Shown here one piece after another: positions 58,012-64,000 of a DNA stretch of 64,000 nucleotides; the stretch's first letter is position 1, and every line of letters begins with the position of its first letter. Made by a program: the position numbers and the translations under genes. Source of the DNA: Octopus vulgaris (lineage: Eukaryota). Below the pieces are notes generated by a model. The model searched no databases. It was not told where the DNA came from and saw nothing but the letters and a program-made list of their open reading frames with translations. The stretch is from NCBI GenBank assembly GCA_951406725.2, contig OX597815.1, forward strand, positions 58,714,001-58,778,000. Reading direction: 5' to 3'.

Positions 58012-58242
58012 CCGACACTACCAGACATTTTGAGCATCTCTGCAGTGATTCCTGATGGGCCTGGGGCTTTCCCTGTCTTCATGCTTCTAATTGCCTTAGC
58101 TACCACGGAACTATCAACTCGGATAGCTGGTCCCTCTGTTGGGTCAACATTCGGCAGACTCTCTTTATCCCATTCATTTTCTTCATTCAGCAACCTTTCA
58201 TAGTGGCATCTCCAAACCTCTCTCTTTGCATCCTCATTTAGC
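58012..58242 (-). mobile_element. RTE fragment apparently identical to ~1303-1533
   Basis: [38 protein letters not shown].. is the same in both. Confidence 0.95.
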
Positions 58243-58341
58243 GTATGTATATATATGTATATATACATATATGTATATATATATATATGTATATATATAT
58301 ATGTATATATATATATGTATATATATATATGTATGTATATA

Positions 58342-58434
<93 letters not shown>

Positions 58435-58453
58435 GTATATGTATATATATATG

Positions 58454-58588
<135 letters not shown>

Positions 58589-58589
58589 G

Positions 58590-58683
<94 letters not shown>

Positions 58684-58684
<1 letters not shown>

Positions 58685-59600
58685 AGAACATTATTGGTGA
58701 ATTGAAGAAATGGAGCTGAACGCAGATTGAACAGAAATCGTTTTATTTCATTCTACACGTGTTTCGAAAGGCACAAATTACCAAAATCCGATGGAATAAT
58801 GGGACCATATTGTGTCTTTCTCTTCAGGAAGAAAATAGGAAATCCGTTGGAAAAACAAAAACAGAACAGAGGCGGAGCAAAAACAAATCGAACTATGCTC
58901 CTAAGAGCCCATGGCGAAACTGTTTATCAGTGTATGTTGAGAACCGGTGGCTGAAGAATTCAACGGGTCAGGCATCGGTCAATCATGTGGGTGAGGGGGC
59001 GTAGATGTTCTTTGTGACCGAGAATAAAGTTCTGACTATTTAAGGAATATTGGATGTTTTATAAGGGGCGAGAAAAAATCTACTTAGAGACGTGTGTGTG
59101 TGTATACTGTTCTATATATGTGTGTGTTGGCGTAGGGGTAGAAAACATTTTTTGTGTACGTGTGTGCGTTTGATCGTTCGGCTGTCAGTGGCTACTGCCG
59201 TGATGACCGTTGGGTGGCAGAAAAAAAAAAAAAAAAAAAAAAAGTATATATATCATGTTTTATGTGTGTGTGTGTTCATCTAAGCCTGCCTTGTCAAGGA
59301 AACCCCCCGCTGTGAAAAAACCAAGCCCCGTTTGTCTTACAGGAGTAATTCCCCTTGAAGTGGTTAATCGTACATTTGGTAATTTGTGCCTTTCGAAACA
59401 CGTGTAGAATGAAATAAAACGATTTCTGTTCAATCTGCGTTCAGCTCCATTTCTTCAATTCACCAATAATGTTCTAATTTCAATTATCCGCACCAACGCA
59501 CGGTTGCAACACCATATGGTTGTTCCTCCAACCGTGCTGTTTTACTGCTGTGATTTTTGCTACTAAGGTATCGGTTAAACTTTTGATTAATCTACTACAA
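58684..59600. mobile_element. Non-coding PLE pseudo-LTR remnant with ~100 bp inverted repeats
   Basis: 58684-58784 is the reverse complement of 59375-59476. Contains a hammerhead. Confidence 0.7.
58746..58834 (-). ncRNA. Hammerhead ribozyme with canonical core
   Basis: tttcttc-CTGAAGA-gaaag a cacaa..ttgtg c ctttc-GAAA-cacgtg-TA-gaa t gaaa. Confidence 0.8.
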
Positions 59601-59634
59601 GATTATTCATCTTTCTATTTCACATATATATATG

Positions 59635-59865
<231 letters not shown>

Positions 59866-59944
59866 ATATATATGTATGTATATATATATGTATATATGTA
59901 TATATATATGTATGTATATATATATGTATATATATATATGTATG

Positions 59945-59984
<40 letters not shown>

Positions 59985-60003
59985 TGTATGTATATATATA
60001 TAT

Positions 60004-60308
60004 AAGATTCTGTGATAGCCTGGGCTTCCGAGGCCCACAGCTCTTCAATATCCTCCCGAAGAACCTGAGAGACCTGCATGGGGTGGATACAGATGTCTTT
60101 AAATGAAGCTGGATCTCTTCCTGTCTGGTGTCCCAGATGAACCAACTTCACGGCAGGAGGGGCAGATGAGGGCAGCTGCATCGAACTCTCTCATGCACCA
60201 AATAGCAGTTGCTAGAAAGCCCCATGAAGTAAAACCAAGTAGCAACACCAAATGGCGGTGCCACAGCTCATAGGCTGAACTGGAATCAATCAATCAATCA
60301 ATCAATCA
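60004..60308 (+). mobile_element. CR1-group LINE 3' end, same subfamily as 43660
   Basis: [18 protein letters not shown], (AATC)n tail. Confidence 0.93.
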
Positions 60309-60493
60309 TATATGTATATATATATATATATGTATATAAACAAATTCAAAATGCGATAAAATAAGATTAATTATTATCGCTGGTGTTTCTAGCACAGGCC
60401 ATATATTATTCATATATAAGTACATTAAAGGCATGGCACGTACTAGAAACACAGAAGCTTGATAAATTTATTGAAATGGAATATATAAAACTA

Positions 60494-60859
<366 letters not shown>

Positions 60860-60942
60860 TAGTTAGTAAAAGTTTTATATTCTCATTTCACTAAATTTAT
60901 CAAGCTTCTGTATTTCTAGTACGTACTTCCGCCTTTAATGTA

Positions 60943-61020
60943 CTCAAAATGACCGAAACCGGTACTGAAAGATTCACTATAAAATTATCTTAGCATTTTC
61001 TATTTTTGACATGTTTTTTC

Positions 61021-61022
<2 letters not shown>
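60943..61022 (+). mobile_element. Fragment of the 39-41 kb PLE pseudo-LTR (half hammerhead)
   Basis: ctcaaaatgaccgaaaccggtactgaaa..ttagcattttcta. Confidence 0.8.
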
Positions 61023-61107
<85 letters not shown>

Positions 61108-61229
61108 TGTATTTATATATATATGTATATATATATATGTATTTATATATATATGTATATATATATATGTATTTATATATATATGTATATATATATATGT
61201 ATTTATATATATATGTATATATATATATG

Positions 61230-61280
<51 letters not shown>

Positions 61281-61315
<35 letters not shown>

Positions 61316-62489
61316 CCAGTTCCAGCCTATGAGCTGTGGCCATGCTGGGGCACCGCCATTTGGTGTTGCTACTTGGTTTTACTTCATGGGGCTTTCTAGC
61401 AACTGCTATTTGGTGCATGAGAGAGTTCGATGCAGCTGCCCTCATCTGCCCCTCCTGCCGTGAAGTTGGTTCATCTGGGACACCAGACAGGAAGAGATCC
61501 AGCTTCATTTTAAAGACATCTGTATCCACCCCATGCAGGTCTCTCAGGTTCTTCGGGAGGATATTGAAGAGCTGTGGGCCTCGGAAGCCCAGGCTATCAC
61601 AGAATCTTGTCCTACATCTTGATGGCAGGTTTGGAGTCCTAGGCACCACGCAGTGGCGCCCAGTTCTGGCATTTGTGTAACTCTCGATGCCAAAGTTCAG
61701 GACACTTCCCTCCAGGATCTTCCAGATGTATATTATGGCATATCTTTCCCGCCTACGCTCCAGGGAGTATAATTTTAATCTCTTGAGTCTTTCCCAGTAG
61801 CTTACATTCTGCATAGAGGCTATCTTCTTTGTGTAGCTTCGTTGGATCGCCTCAAGTTCTGTGATCAACTTGACACTGGATGGTGACCATAGCTGAGAGC
61901 AATAGTCAAAGTGGCTTAGGACAAGTGTCTTCCAGAGGACCATCATGGTTTCTTGTTCTCTTGTTCTAAAGGTTCTAAGAATCCAGCCAGCCAGCCGTCT
62001 ACATTTCACTGTCAGTTTAGCAACATGTACATGAAAGGTCGCGTCATCACTCATGTGAATACCCAGGTCACGCACTGATTGTGCCTCTGGGATTGCAATC
62101 CCTCCGGGTCCAGTGTATTCATTGGGTATTGCATTCAGTTTTGCATGCTGATAGTATAAAGCTTGAAACTTTCCAGCATTGAACTGCATGCTATTCTTTT
62201 CTCAGCCCACTTGTATATTTCGTCCAGCTCACATTGCAGGTTTTTAGTGTCCTCAGGGTTCTGTATTGCCTGTGAAACTTTTGTATCATCTGCATAACTT
62301 GTGATCGTGGATCTCTGCGTGGCTGAGGGCATGTCTGAGAGGGCCATTATGAACAGTAGTGGTCCCAAAACAGTGCCCTGTGGAACACCACTCATTATTT
62401 GCGTGTTAATGGAAGTGGCCCCATTGGCTACTACCACCTGACTTCTATTCTTCAGAAAGTCGTAGCTTCATTCTCCTAGTTTTCCAACT
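61281..62489 (-). mobile_element. 5'-truncated CR1-group LINE, very similar to 43660..44945
   Basis: ORFs 62135..62437 and 61233..62189, (AATC)n tail. Confidence 0.95.

Positions 62490-64000
<1,511 letters not shown>

Overview
Repeat-dominated eukaryotic DNA, most likely from an octopus or related cephalopod. This is inferred from the SINE/RTE tail families and the very large (TA)n tracts. No host protein-coding gene can be supported. The window contains: about 7 RTE-clade LINE copies, four of which include the region encoding a PHD-like C4HC3 finger inside the RT; 6 CR1-group LINE copies, one near full length; and several Penelope-like elements (PLEs), including a Naiad-type RT+GIY-YIG element with Asn-rich inserts and two GIY-YIG remnants with inverted pseudo-LTRs. 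It also has at least 8 hammerhead-ribozyme motifs, many in inverted or palindromic arrangement; a Tc1-like transposon with DD36 spacing; six non-autonomous Helitrons plus a decayed Helitron helicase; SINEs; a 5.2 kb satellite with trimeric higher-order structure; and two 100-N assembly gaps. All identifications come from reading motifs by eye; no searches or folding programs were run.
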